Source: Pelagomonas calceolata
Taxonomy: Eukaryota
Direction of reading: 5' to 3'
DNA length: 64,000 bases
Assembly: GCA_918797485.1 (NCBI GenBank)
Contig: CAKKNE010000002.1
Span: forward strand, 5,890,001-5,954,000
Under the pieces are notes generated by a model. That model was not told the DNA's origin, ran no database searches, and saw nothing but the letters and a program-made list of their open reading frames with translations. The translations under genes were made by a program, and so were the position numbers. This document shows, one piece after another, positions 41,591-52,609 of the stretch; position 1 is the first letter of the stretch, and every line of letters starts with the position of its first letter.

Positions 41591-44111
41591 TTACACAGAT
41601 GCGCCGGTCCGCCCGCCGACGAAGAGCGGGCCCAGGACCAGGATGGTCGTGGAGAGTAGCTTGATGACGACGTGCAGCGAGGGCCCCGCCGTGTCCTTGA
41701 GCGGGTCGCCGACCGTGTCGCCCGTCACGGCGGCCTTGTGCGCCTCGGAGCCCTTGCCCCCGTAGTGGCCGAGCTCGACGTACTTCTTCGCGTTGTCCCA
41801 GGCGCCGCCCACGTTGTCCAGGAAGAGCGCCATCAGGATGCCCGACACCGTGCCGAAGACGAGGTAGCCCGCGAGCACCTCCGCTCCCAGCAGCGGCCGC
41901 CCCGTCAGCTCGCCGACGAAGCGCCCCGCGAAGCCCACCGCCACCGGCGCGCCGACGCACAGCACGCCCGGCGCGACCATCTCCGAGAGGGCGGCCTGCG
42001 TCACGACGGAGACGACGCGCTCGTAGTTCGGCAGCGACGTCCCCGCGAGGATGCCCGGGTCGCTCTTGAAGGCTTCCCGGCAGATGAGCACGACCCGCTG
42101 CGCCGCGCGGCCCACGGCGGCGATGGCCATGCCCGCGAAGGCAAACACCATCCCCACGCCGAAGAGGCCGCCCACGAGCACCTCGGGCGTGGCGACGTCC
42201 ACGACCTCAAAGGGCCGCCCGGCGAATTGCGAGAACTCGTCCATGAACGCCCCGAACAACAGAAAGCAGGCCAAGGCGGCGCTGCCGATGGAGTAGCCCT
42301 TCGTCGCGGCCTTCGTGACGTTGCCCGCCGCGTCCAGCGCGTCCGTCGCGTCGCGGACGTGCGCCTGTTGTCGCGACCTGTGTGGAAATCAACCGGTGTG
42401 TCGGGTGCACGAACCACACCGCGAACGCGCCGCGACCATTCGATTTATGCACGGGCCGCGACATCTCCGCGATGCCTCCGGCATTATCGGCGATCGGCCC
42501 GAAGTTGTTCATCGCCAGCACGTAGACCGCAGAGGCGAGCATGCCCATCGTCGCCACCGCGGTCCCGAAGAGGCCCGCGGCGCGCGCCGCCGCGGCCGGG
42601 TCCCCGGACGTCGCCCCGACGCCGGACGTCCTCCCCAGGTGGTAGGACGCGACGACCGCGACGCCCACCGTGAGCACCGGCGCGACGACGCTCTCCAGCC
42701 CCACCGCGAGGCCCGTGATGATGGTCGTCGCGTGGCCCGTCGTCGCCGACTCGGCGATGCGGCGGACGGGCTCGAAGGCGTAGTCCGTGTAGTAGCGCGA
42801 CGCGCGCATGCACACGAAGGCCGTCCCGAAGCCGCACAGCCCGCAGCCCAGGAAGTGGCGCCACGCGGCGGGCGCGCCCTCGACGTCCAGGAGCCAGAAG
42901 CACGCGAGGCCGAACCCGGCCAACGCGACGGCGAGCGTCACCAGGTAGCCCTGCTGCAGCACGACCATGGGCGCGTACTCGCCCTCCCTCCTCTCGAGGG
43001 CGACGACCCGCTCCTTGGACACGGCGAGCACGCCCAGCGACGACGCGACGACGTCGATCGAGTGCACGACGAGCGGGAAGAAGACCACGGGCGCCGGGTC
43101 CGCGCCCGCGTCCCGCGCCAGCCGCCCCCCGAGGATCATGGCCCCGATGATCTCCGCGCCCACGGATTCGAAGACGTCCGCCGAGCTGCCGACGCAGTCG
43201 CCGACCATGTCGCCCACCAGGTCGGCGACGACGGCGGGGTTGCGCGGGTCGTCCTCGGGGATGGCCTGCTCGACCTTGCCGACCAGATCGGCGCCGACGT
43301 CCGCGGCCTTCGTGTAGATGCCCCCGCCGAGCTGCATGAACAGCGCGACGAACGACGCCCCGAAGCCGTAGCCCACCAACAACAGAGGCACGTCCGCCGC
43401 GTCGTCCACGACGCCCGCCATGTGGATGACGCCGAACAGCACGAGCACGCCCACGATGCACAACGTCAGGTTCAGCACGGCGCTGAACGCCCCGCCCCGA
43501 AAGCACACCACCAACGCGTCGGCCGCCGAGCGCTTGGCGGCGTCCGCGACGCGCACGTTCGCGTGGCTCGCGACGCGCATCGCCGCGTAGCCGCTCAATG
43601 CGGAGCAGCCCGCGCCGACCAGGAAGCAGCACGAGGCAACGCAACCCAAGGTCGTGCGCGACACGGCCTGCGCCGCGCCCGCGGCGCCTCGCGGAGGTGG
43701 CCGAAGTTTGTACGACAGCCCGATCAACAAGGCGAGCGGCGCGGCGAGCCGGAAGATGGCCGCGTACTGGACCCGCAAGAACCCCGCCGCGCCGTCGGCG
43801 ATGGGCTGCGAGATGGCCCGCATGGCGCTGTCGCCTCCGCTCCTCTTCGCGATCCACTTCCGCAGGTACGTCGAGAAGAGCGCGCCGTAGGCGACGCAGC
43901 ACGCGACGAAGGCCTCGTAGCGTCCCACGGTCCTCGTGGTCGTGAGGCAGAGCCACGCCGCGCAAACGCCGGCGCCGAGCAGCGTGAGCGGCGGGGCCTT
44001 GCCCTTTTGCGTTCGTTTTACCTTGGTCCAGTCGATGTCGTCGTCGTAGACCGCGCCGCCTTCGACGTCGGCGTCCCGCGTCGAGGCGCTGCGGCGGAGG
44101 GACGACGACAT
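41591..44111 (-). CDS. H+-translocating pyrophosphatase, K+-independent (AVP2-like); exons 44111-42463, 42377-41591
   Basis: DVGADLVGKVE, DNAGGIAEMS, spliced LDAAGNVTKA, GDTVGDPLKD. Confidence 0.93.
42378..42454 (-). mobile_element. 77-bp introner with hybrid TIRs, intron 42462-42378
   Basis: TSD gtcgcggc/gtcgcgac (7/8); ccgtgcataaatcg...ttgatttccacacag. Confidence 0.88.
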
Positions 44112-44329
44112 GCTCCTGCGGCACGTGTCTTATTAGGTCTCTTGTCTTTGCGCGGCGCGGATCACAGCACGCGCACCAGGCCTCTTGGTCTCCGTGCAAG
44201 CTAGCGCGCCGAAAAAAAGGCAAAAATTGGTGCGCTGTCTACGTTTGGAGTTTTTTTTAACCCGCCTCTTGTCTGCGCTATCGGTTCGAGCTTTAACAGC
44301 TGTGCGTGCGCGGCCGCGGCTTGGCTTTG

Positions 44330-44350
44330 CTAGTGTCTTACAGGCGCTAG
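44330..44350 (+). promoter_or_regulatory. CTAG-bounded motif (1-bp deletion)
   Basis: ctagtgtcttacaggcgctag between divergent genes. Confidence 0.6.
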
Positions 44351-44532
44351 CGATTTGCGATTTTTAGTGCGGCCAAGAGCCCACTTCCGCCACGTTCCAC
44401 GTTCCACGACATCGACGCGTAAAGAAACCCTCAAACCGCCGCCGCGCGTAACCTTAAACAGCCCCTGCTACTTAAGGCCAGAGAGGCCTGAGGAGTTACA
44501 GCCCACGAGCCGTCCTACGCGCCTCAAAAACC

Positions 44533-44899
44533 ATGAAGAAGAACCTCGTCACCGCAAAATACGACATGGCGCGGCGCCCGCGTCCGCGAACGCGCCGCGC
44601 CGGACGCGCCTCGAACGCGCCTCGGAATCGCGGTCACCGCGCAGGGCCGGATGAAGGCGCTCATGGCCATCGACGACGCCATGAAGGCGGCCCTCGTCAA
44701 GATCCACGGCGTCGCGGAGGAGGACGAGCTGCCCGACTCGATCCAGGACATCGAGTTCGACCGCGACGGCTCGTTGAGCGAGGAGTACGACACGGTCGAG
44801 AAGCTCCAGAAGGTCTTCGCGACGGCCATGCCCAAGGCCGACAAGGCCGCGCTCTTGAAAGTGGCGGAGAGCACGATCAAGCAGCTCGGGGAGTTGTAG
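44533..44899 (+). CDS. Small hypothetical protein, probable intron ending at 44644
   Basis: GC3-rich ORF 44651-44899; upstream MKKNLV.. joins in phase 0 via a donor at 44548 (GT) or 44569 (GC). Confidence 0.5.
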
Positions 44900-45078
44900 A
44901 TGGTGATGATACACCTGTCTCGAGAGTATAAATGAATACATTACTAAATTACCCGGCGGCGGTCGTGGCGGCTAGGCGGCCTGCCAGTTAAGCAAGGCAA
45001 ATGAAGAAGGAAGACCTAAAAACCTAGTCACGTCAGCGGCTCGGGAGGCGCGGTCTAAACGTGACAGATAAACACATA

Positions 45079-46324
45079 TTATACCTCCCACACGATGGCG
45101 CCTTCCTCTACCACAGCTAGGATGCGGTCCCGCGCGGCTACCGGTAGCTCGGCCGGATACCAGCAGCCCGGCGCGATGCCGCCGCGCAGGAGCTCCATGC
45201 CAAAGGCCGCCGTCGCCTGGCCGACGCAGTCCTCGAGGTCGCCGTGGGCGACTCGAAGCGTCACGGCCTCGCCGTCCGCCGCTTTCGCGTCGACGCGCAT
45301 CGCGTTGATGCCGCCGACCAGAGCGTCGACGGTGCGGATGATGGGCATCGAGAAATCTGCGAGATTTTGCATCGCCCCCCGGTCCGCGAGCAGAGATCGC
45401 GGCAGCAGCTTCATGGCGCCAAACAGGTCGTTCCAGAACCTGTCACAATGAGAACTATTGCGGACAGCGTCGCGTCGATGGCGCGGGGCGTCCGAAATTT
45501 GATTTCCACGCAGTCCGGAACGCCGGGGCCGTGCCGAAGCTCGACGAGGCCGACCGCGCGCCGAGCGCCTCCGCGCATGTCGGCACGTCCGGGTTATCTA
45601 GGAGGTACACGTCGCGCGCGCCGACGCCGGGGCCGAAGTCGGTCGTCCTCTTTCCGGTCCAGGGCTCCCTCTCGATTACCGCGCCGTCGGCGTAGACGGC
45701 CGCCGGCGTGCACAGGAGCAAAAAGGTCGCCGAGACGATCGTGGGCCCGGCCCCGCCCGTGCCCGACGTGAAAAACGAAAACTCCAAGTCGTCGAGCGGC
45801 TTGCCGAGGCGCTCCGCGGCGCGCGCCGCGAGCAGGGCCGACGCGCCCGGCCAGATGCCGCACGAGATGACCGCCGGGACGTCGCTCGTCAATTTCTTCG
45901 CGGCTCGACTCAGCTCGAGCTCGTCGCAGACGTCGCAGTACGGAACGCCTGCGTCAATACATGCTTTCAGCAGGGTCGGGTCCGTCCGCTGCTGGAACGG
46001 GCCGGCCGTGTGGACGACTAACGACCGACCCGCGACGGCTCTTTCGAGGCTCGCGGCGTCGTCGAGGTCCAGCCGCACAAATTTTATGTCGTCGACGCCT
46101 TTCGCGCCGAGTCTTTTCGCCGCGGCGTCGAATGACGCCCGCCTGCGCCCGCCGATGGCGAGCTCGACCGGCAATTGCTCGGCCTTACCAAGTCTGTTGA
46201 TCCAGCGCACCGTCGACGCGCCGACGCGGCCGCTGCCGCCCACGACGAGGACTCGTTTTGGCGTGAGAGCGTGGCACTTGACAAATGCGAGTGTTATGAG
46301 TGCCACGGTCCTGCAGGGATGCAT
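45079..46324 (-). CDS. Saccharopine-dehydrogenase-like oxidoreductase with signal peptide; exons 46324-45522, 45439-45079
   Basis: VLVVGGSGRVG, HTAGPF, YCDVCD, GIWPG; spliced TAPAFWNDLF. Confidence 0.85.
45440..45513 (-). mobile_element. Degenerate 74-bp introner, intron 45521-45440
   Basis: TSD gttccgga/gttctgga (7/8); ctgcgtggaaatcaaa...gccatcgacgcgacgc...tgtgacag. Confidence 0.85.
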
Positions 46325-46439
46325 GTCTCTCTGCTCGCTGCTGCGCGATTAGCTGTCTGGCGCCCTTGGGGCACCGCTCTGATCAGGCAGCCAAAATATA
46401 TAATAGATACATACCGCCCGAGGCCCAAGCCAGTGTTTC

Positions 46440-46461
46440 CTAGTGTCTTACAGGCCGCTAG
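46440..46461 (+). promoter_or_regulatory. CTAG-bounded 22-bp motif, perfect
   Basis: ctagtgtcttacaggccgctag about 115 bp upstream of minus-strand ATG 46324. Confidence 0.65.
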
Positions 46462-46658
46462 GCCTGGCCGTGGCCCGTAGCAACACACAGCAGCGTTCCA
46501 GTGCATTAGGATCTTTCGCCCAGACCACCGGCACGGGTTTTGCAGGCGGGTGTGTGAGGCGCTGTCGACGTAGGCCAGTTCGCCTTACTCTACTCCGCAG
46601 CCAAATGTGCTAGCGTGAGTCGCGTCCAAGTACACCCGCACGATGAACACACACATAG

Positions 46659-48704
46659 TTATGCCCCGAACTCGCTCACCGCCGCGGCCCGCAGGTGCCG
46701 CGCCGTCGACCCGACGGACCGCGCCTGCGTCCTGCGCCCCGCCACGCCGAGGGCCTGCCGCTTCTTCTGGCGCGTCGCCTTCGAGCCGCGTTTGACCTCC
46801 TCGGCGCGCGACCGCTTCCCCGAGGACTCGCGGGCCTTCTTCTGCTGGCGCGAGATCTCGGCGGGCGTTTCCTTCAGGCCGAAGGCGCGCGCGCAATGGC
46901 CCAGGTGCAGCTTTCTGACATGAAACGCCTGCGTCAGCAGCTCGCGCTCCGCCGCGTCGGCGACGTCCCGCGTCCCGCCCGCGTAGGCCCGGAGCTGCGC
47001 CGCGAACGCGTCCCTCGCCAAGGTTTTCAGGTCGTCGTCGTCGTCCACGACTTGTTCGAGGGTCTTGGTCGTCGCGCGCGCGTCGCTCTCGCCGAAGGAC
47101 GACGAGGCGACGGCGGCGCGCGTGGGGTCGCCCGCGCGGAGGCGCAGCCGCAGCGCGTCGAGCAGCGGCCGCTCGGAGGGCAGGAGTAGTAGTACGGACG
47201 ACCCGTCGCGGCCCGCGCGCGCCGCGCGCCCGCTGCGGTGCACGTAGCTCGCGGCGTCGCGCGGCGCGTCCAGGTGGATGACCCGGTCGACTTGCGCCGC
47301 CGCGAAGTCGAGGCCGCGCGCCGCGACGTCCGTGGCGAAGAGCACGGCGGCGCCGTGCCGGCAGAACTCGTCGTAGGCGCCTCGCCTCGATTCCTTGTCG
47401 AGGCGCCCGTGCAGCGCGCCGACCCTCCGTCGGAGACCGCCCCACCGCGCCCGCATCTCGTCGCGCGCGAAGGCCTGCGCGTGGAACTGGCACGACGCGC
47501 AGGTCGCGACGAAGATCAGCGTCTTCTGCCGCGACTCGCGCAGCATGGCGCAGAGCGCCGCCGGCCGCAGCTTCAGCGTCACGATCGCGTGCGCCTGCGA
47601 CAGCGTGGCCGGCGTCGCGATGCGACTCTCCTGCGCGTCCTCGTCCTTCGCGGCTTCGACCGTCGCGAAGCCCGCGTGGAGGTGCGTCTGGGCTAGATCC
47701 TTGAGCTGGGCGGTCACGGTCGCCGTCACGAGGACCTTGGACGGCCGCCGCGCCGCGCCGTTCGTGAGCTTCTTCATGATGTCGCCGACCTGCGGCCCGA
47801 AGCCCAGATCCAAGAGTCGATCGACCTCGTCCAGCACGACCCAGGCTAACCTTCTGTAAGTCAGACACGCCGTCGACCGCAGGTGGTCCAGCAGTCTCCC
47901 GGGCGTGGCCACGAGGACGGGCACGCCCTTCCGGAGCCTCGCCTTCTCCGCCTTCCTCTTCTCCCCGCCCGTGATCGCGCCCGCGACGAGCCTCCCGGCG
48001 GCCACGCGCCGCGTCAGCGCGTCGAACACCTCCGAGATCTGCACGCCGAGCTCGCGCGTCGGCGCCACGACCAGGGCCACGGTCCCGTCGCCCCGGGACA
48101 CCTCGGGGTCCAGGCGCATCAGGTCGGCGACGACCGGGAGCGCGTAGGCCAGCGTCTTCCCGCTTCCCGTCGGCGCGACGACCAGCGCGTCCCTCCGCTC
48201 CAGCAACACGGCGCAGGCCAGCTTCTGGACTTGCGTCGGGCGTTTCAACCCCAAACCGCGCGGCCGCTCCTCGCCGCAAACCTCCTCGAGCGCCGCGCCG
48301 ACGCCGAGGGCGGCGAAGCCCTCGCCGTCATCCGTCGTTTGGACGGCGACGGGCCGGACCGCCGCCGGGCGCGGCCGCGCCAGTTCGTCGGCGCTCAAGT
48401 GGAACGCGCCGTACTGCGCGGCCGGCACCCGCGCGCTCTCGCGGCGCGTGCCGAACGTCGTTTGGGGTCGTGCGGGCGGCGCTCGACGTGGCTGCGGCGG
48501 CGCGGCCTCCGGTGGCGGCGGCGGCGCGGGCCTCGCGACCACGACGCCCTGCTTGATCTTGAGCTGCGGCCTCGCTTTGGCGGCGTGGCGCTTCGCGGCG
48601 ACCTTGCGGCGTTCCTTCTTCGTGGTCCTTGGTTTGGCTTTTGTGGGCTTTGTGCCCGCGGGGGCCGAGGCCGTAAGGTGGAGGGTGAAGCTGTCGTCGG
48701 CCAT
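46659..48704 (-). CDS. DBP7: DEAD-box RNA helicase, Dbp7/DDX31-like
   Basis: TGSGKT, PTREL, DEVD, LHG, HRSGRAAR, C-terminal FHVRKLHLGH.ARAFGL. Confidence 0.85.
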   Translation of the reverse strand: MADDSFTLHLTASAPAGTKPTKAKPRTTKKERRKVAAKRHAAKARPQLKIKQGVVVARPAPPPPPEAAPPQPRRAPPARPQTTFGTRRESARVPAAQYGAFHLSADELARPRPAAVRPVAVQTTDDGEGFAALGVGAALEEVCGEERPRGLGLKRPTQVQKLACAVLLERRDALVVAPTGSGKTLAYALPVVADLMRLDPEVSRGDGTVALVVAPTRELGVQISEVFDALTRRVAAGRLVAGAITGGEKRKAEKARLRKGVPVLVATPGRLLDHLRSTACLTYRRLAWVVLDEVDRLLDLGFGPQVGDIMKKLTNGAARRPSKVLVTATVTAQLKDLAQTHLHAGFATVEAAKDEDAQESRIATPATLSQAHAIVTLKLRPAALCAMLRESRQKTLIFVATCASCQFHAQAFARDEMRARWGGLRRRVGALHGRLDKESRRGAYDEFCRHGAAVLFATDVAARGLDFAAAQVDRVIHLDAPRDAASYVHRSGRAARAGRDGSSVLLLLPSERPLLDALRLRLRAGDPTRAAVASSSFGESDARATTKTLEQVVDDDDDLKTLARDAFAAQLRAYAGGTRDVADAAERELLTQAFHVRKLHLGHCARAFGLKETPAEISRQQKKARESSGKRSRAEEVKRGSKATRQKKRQALGVAGRRTQARSVGSTARHLRAAAVSEFGA

Positions 48705-49036
48705 GGCTTAGCGGCTGCAGCCGGCAGTGGTGCGCGCTGGGCGGTCGGTTAACAGGTTGTTGGTTGCGGCAGCGTGTTGCGCAGCGTCGAGACGGTTGCT
48801 GCCTATCCCGCACGTATAGTCCTACTTCTTTTAGGGAGATTACGAGCTCTCGGGCCGGCTCGAGCTCTCGGGCCTCAGCCTGGCAGCACTGCGCAGGGTA
48901 ACTAGACGGCGCGTAGCTATCGCTTATCGCTTGCAGCTCAGGGGCAACCTTTGGTGCTTCCGATTGACGCCGCTATCTGCTTATAACGGTGCTTGCAGCG
49001 CGCGTGTGCGGCTGTGTGAGAGCTAATCGCTCGCCA

Positions 49037-49059
49037 CTAGCGTCGTAAAGACACACTAG
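49037..49059 (-). promoter_or_regulatory. CTAG-bounded motif, degenerate
   Basis: ctagcgtcgtaaagacacactag between divergent genes. Confidence 0.45.
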
Positions 49060-49296
49060 TAAAGCCGCCGCCGCCTCGAGCCGCGCGTCGCATAACCGGC
49101 TCCCTGGAGGGCCAGACTTCTCGTCGTGACGCTCAGTGATCAGCTCCTCTCGCTCAGACAAGCCGCTGGCGCCAGGGCTCCGCGAAGTGGTTCAAACTCT
49201 ATCAAGACTTGGAGAGTTTGAACCGACGTGACCGCTTAAGTACTCTCCCTCTGAACCGACCCGGCGCCGTGGCGCCGACGCGACCCACGAGAAACA

Positions 49297-50277
49297 ATGC
49301 CGGACGCCATGACCACACTACTGGCGAACGCCGGCTTGAGCGACCTCGAGAGGCGGCTCCGAGACGAGGCCATCGACGAGACGACAATTCTGGACCTCGA
49401 CGAGGGTGACATGAAAGAGATTGGTCTCAAGATGGGCCCGCGTCGCAAGTTGCTCACGGCTATACGAGAGGCCAAGGACCGCCGCACGACGCCCGGCGCC
49501 GACTGGGCAAGGTCGCCGCCGCCGCCGCCGCCGCCTCCAGCGTCGACGAAACTCCACCCGCCCGCGAAACCCGCGCCCGGCCTGACCGTGGGCGCGAAAG
49601 CGCGCCTGCGCAAAAAAGCCGCGCCCGCGCCGGTGACACCTGCTCCGGCGCCCGAGGCTCCCGCGGCGTCGAACAGCGATGCCCTAGAGTGTCCGATCAC
49701 CTACGAGCTGTTTGTCGATCCAGTCACGCTCGAGGGCGACGGCGTCGTGTACGAGCGCGAGGCCATCGAAAACTGGCTGCGGCGGGGCAACTTGACGTCA
49801 CCAGCGACGGGTGTAGCGCTCAAGGCGACGCAGACGAAATTAATTCCGAACGCGGCCGTTCGGCGGCGAGCGGCGGCGGCGCGGTCGCGGACGGCGCGGG
49901 CGCACCTCGACGCGAAGACGCAAGTTGCAGACGACGCGACGGCGCGCATCCAAGCCCTCGAGGCCGAGAACGCGGCGCTCCGCGACCGCCTTCGCCTGTC
50001 CGTGGACCGCGAAACCGAGGCCGCGGCGAAGTTGCGCGAAGCGACCCGAGAGAACGCGCGGCTGCAGAAGGACGCGAAAAGCGCGAACAATTACAAGAAT
50101 CGCGCGAAGAAGGCCACGGCGCGGGCCGACGAGCTGGACAGGGTCCTCGCCTCGGTGCTCGCGCACTCGCAGCACCTCGAGGCGGAGCTCGCGACGCTTC
50201 GGAACATGCCGCGCCTGTTGGTTCGTAATACGACGGCGCCGCCGGTCACGCCTGGCGACGGAGATAGTGCGTACTGA
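49297..50277 (+). CDS. SAM + U-box + coiled-coil protein (putative E3 ligase)
   Basis: EAID..L..L...DMKEIGLKMGPRRKLL; CPITYELFVDPV..YEREAIENW..SPATG. Confidence 0.88.
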   Translation: MPDAMTTLLANAGLSDLERRLRDEAIDETTILDLDEGDMKEIGLKMGPRRKLLTAIREAKDRRTTPGADWARSPPPPPPPPASTKLHPPAKPAPGLTVGAKARLRKKAAPAPVTPAPAPEAPAASNSDALECPITYELFVDPVTLEGDGVVYEREAIENWLRRGNLTSPATGVALKATQTKLIPNAAVRRRAAAARSRTARAHLDAKTQVADDATARIQALEAENAALRDRLRLSVDRETEAAAKLREATRENARLQKDAKSANNYKNRAKKATARADELDRVLASVLAHSQHLEAELATLRNMPRLLVRNTTAPPVTPGDGDSAY

Positions 50278-50675
50278 GACCAAAGTAGACCCTCCTCTCT
50301 CTCTCGGATCCATAGTCAATTCGGGTTATGAGCTAAGAGCTCGAGAAGCTTCGGAGGCCGCCGACGACGAACCCGAGGTGGCCGCGCGAACCGTGACGCC
50401 CGGCGCTCCCGTGATGGAATGCGGCCTTGAAGAGTGGTGCTAAGGGTGGCATCCCTGCTTTATCAGGCCTCCGCCACGCTCGGGCGGGAAGGCGCCCCCA
50501 CGGCCGAGTCAAGGCCACACAAGCGCGAGCGCGAGCGCCGCTCGGGCGCAAACGCAGCCCATTGCACACCCGGGCCCTCCACCGGCTAGTCCCTAGCCCA
50601 CTGCCTGCTCTCGCGGCTCGGCGGGGCGTCGCGCGCGCCCAGGCCAGCCACCCCCATAGGAGGGTCATCTCCAAG

Positions 50676-52097
50676 ATGATGATGATGGCGGCGCCCGCGG
50701 CCGACACGACCATGCGGGCGGCGCCCGCGGCCGACACGACCATGCGCCGGACGCTCCAGGACCTCGGCCTCCACGACATCTACGCGACGCTCGCCGCGGA
50801 GGAGATCGACGACTCGGTCTTCTGCGACCTCCAGGACGGCGACCTCAAGGAGCTCTCCATCTCGCGCGGCAACCGCCGCAAGATCCTCACCGCGATCGCG
50901 GCGCTCAAGGCGCGCGAGCGCGGCGGCTGGCACCCACCGCCGCCGCCGCCGCCGCTGTCGCTGTCGCTCGTGCGGGCGCCGTCGGTCGTGACGCCGCCGC
51001 GGTCGCCTCCGCGCCCCGTGGAGGCGGCGGACGCGGAGTGCAGCATCTGCATGGACGCCAGCGTCGAGGTGCGCATCGTCGGGTGCGGCCACACGATGTG
51101 CTCGTCGTGCGCGTCGGACTGGTTTGCGCGCACGCCGGCCGGCCAGCAGACGGAGTGCCCCACCTGCCGCGGCCCGTGCGCGGACTTCGAGCCGCTGAGG
51201 CGCGCGCCGCCCGTGCCGCCCGTGCCGCCCGTGCCGCCCGTGGAGCCGGCCGTCGAGCCCGCGACGACGCGCGTCTACGTCGGGTCTATCCCATGCTCGA
51301 TGACGAAGCTGCAGTTGGCGGGTCTCTTCGAGGGCGTCGGCCTCGTCGTCGACGCTTGGATCTCGAAGGACGCCAAAGGAAGGAGCACCACCATGGGCAT
51401 GGTCGAATTTTCAGAACCTGCGGCTGCGGCGAAGGCCGTTCGTGCGCGGCACAACAAGAGACCCTACCCGAAAGGCAAGAGGCTGAAGGTAGCGTTGTGG
51501 AACAAGCGCCCGCCGAACCGGCGCGACTCATTCGGCTCGCGCGAACGGAGTGCCGAGCTCGAGGAGCTGCGGGCGCGCGTCGAGGCCGCAGAACGGCGAG
51601 CCGAGGCGGCCGAGGCGGCGCGCGTCCGGGCAGGCGTCGCGGCGTCGGAGCTGACGGCCCTCCGCGGGCGGAACGAGCTGCGCGCGCGCGCCGAGGCCGC
51701 TGAGGCGGCGTCCGCCGCGGCGACGGCACGCGCGGCCGAGCAGGAGCGCCGGGCCGCGCGCGCCGAGGCGAACGAGGCGGCCGCGACGGCGGCGCTCGCG
51801 CGAACGCGGATCAACGCGGATCTCGTGCAAAAAACAAAAGAGCTGACAAAGGCCGCGCGCCCGAACGCCAAACTCCGGGCCGAGAATCGGCGGCTCCTGG
51901 AGCAGATGACCGGCGTCCCGACGCTCGACCCGGGCGTCTCCGCGTACGTCCCCGGCGTGCCCGTTCTCGCCAGTCCGACCTGCTGGGTGAGGTGCGCCAT
52001 CTGCCGCAAAGACGCGGACCCCTTCACGGCGTTCTCGGGGGCCGAGCTCGCGAACGGCGCCGCGCGGAGATGCAAGCGATGCCTCCCGGGGCAGTGA
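50676..52097 (+). CDS. SAM + RING + RRM + coiled coil + C-terminal C4 Zn-finger protein
   Basis: EEIDD..DLKEL..GNRRKIL; CSIC..CGH..C..C..CPTC; RVYVGSIP..GMVEF; CAIC..AFS..CKRC. Confidence 0.85.
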   Translation: MMMMAAPAADTTMRAAPAADTTMRRTLQDLGLHDIYATLAAEEIDDSVFCDLQDGDLKELSISRGNRRKILTAIAALKARERGGWHPPPPPPPLSLSLVRAPSVVTPPRSPPRPVEAADAECSICMDASVEVRIVGCGHTMCSSCASDWFARTPAGQQTECPTCRGPCADFEPLRRAPPVPPVPPVPPVEPAVEPATTRVYVGSIPCSMTKLQLAGLFEGVGLVVDAWISKDAKGRSTTMGMVEFSEPAAAAKAVRARHNKRPYPKGKRLKVALWNKRPPNRRDSFGSRERSAELEELRARVEAAERRAEAAEAARVRAGVAASELTALRGRNELRARAEAAEAASAAATARAAEQERRAARAEANEAAATAALARTRINADLVQKTKELTKAARPNAKLRAENRRLLEQMTGVPTLDPGVSAYVPGVPVLASPTCWVRCAICRKDADPFTAFSGAELANGAARRCKRCLPGQ

Positions 52098-52609
52098 CAG
52101 CCCCACGTTGTTGAAGTGACCGCGTCTGTTATCCTCCCCTCTAGACCCCTCCCGCCCGCCTGTCGTAAAGTCATGACGTGTCCCGCTCTGTCGCCTGACT
52201 TTTTCAGCTGCACGGTTTTTTTACCACCAATTAAACCGGACGAGCACATAGGCCGTAGAGTCTAAGACAAAGCTAAAGACAAATCACTGGCTATTGAGCC
52301 CCAGCCTCAGAGCTCGCGGGTTTTTAGCTCTGACGGCTACTTGCGGGGCGGCGTGCGCGGCGCGCTTGGGACGTCAAGCTAAAGAGACGCCTTGACGTTT
52401 TCACTGTGAACCCGTGAGAGCCGTGCGAGACGGGGTGCGAGCGAGCCTCAGTTAGTGACACTGACACCCTACTCGCCAGCTTTGCGACACCTGCGCGCCA
52501 TGGCTTCGCCGACGAACGCCAAGGGCGGCGACGCGCGGCGCCTGCGGGCCGCCCTGGACGCATGCGGGCTCTCACTCCTGGCCCAGAAATTTGCCGAGCA
52601 TGAGAACTA

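Noticed and set aside
28961..48875. Tiny local duplications (ctcagg x3 at 28961, acgcgagatta x2 near 37557, cgagctctcgggcc x2 near 48843)
   Set aside because: Unrelated to each other; ordinary slippage products.
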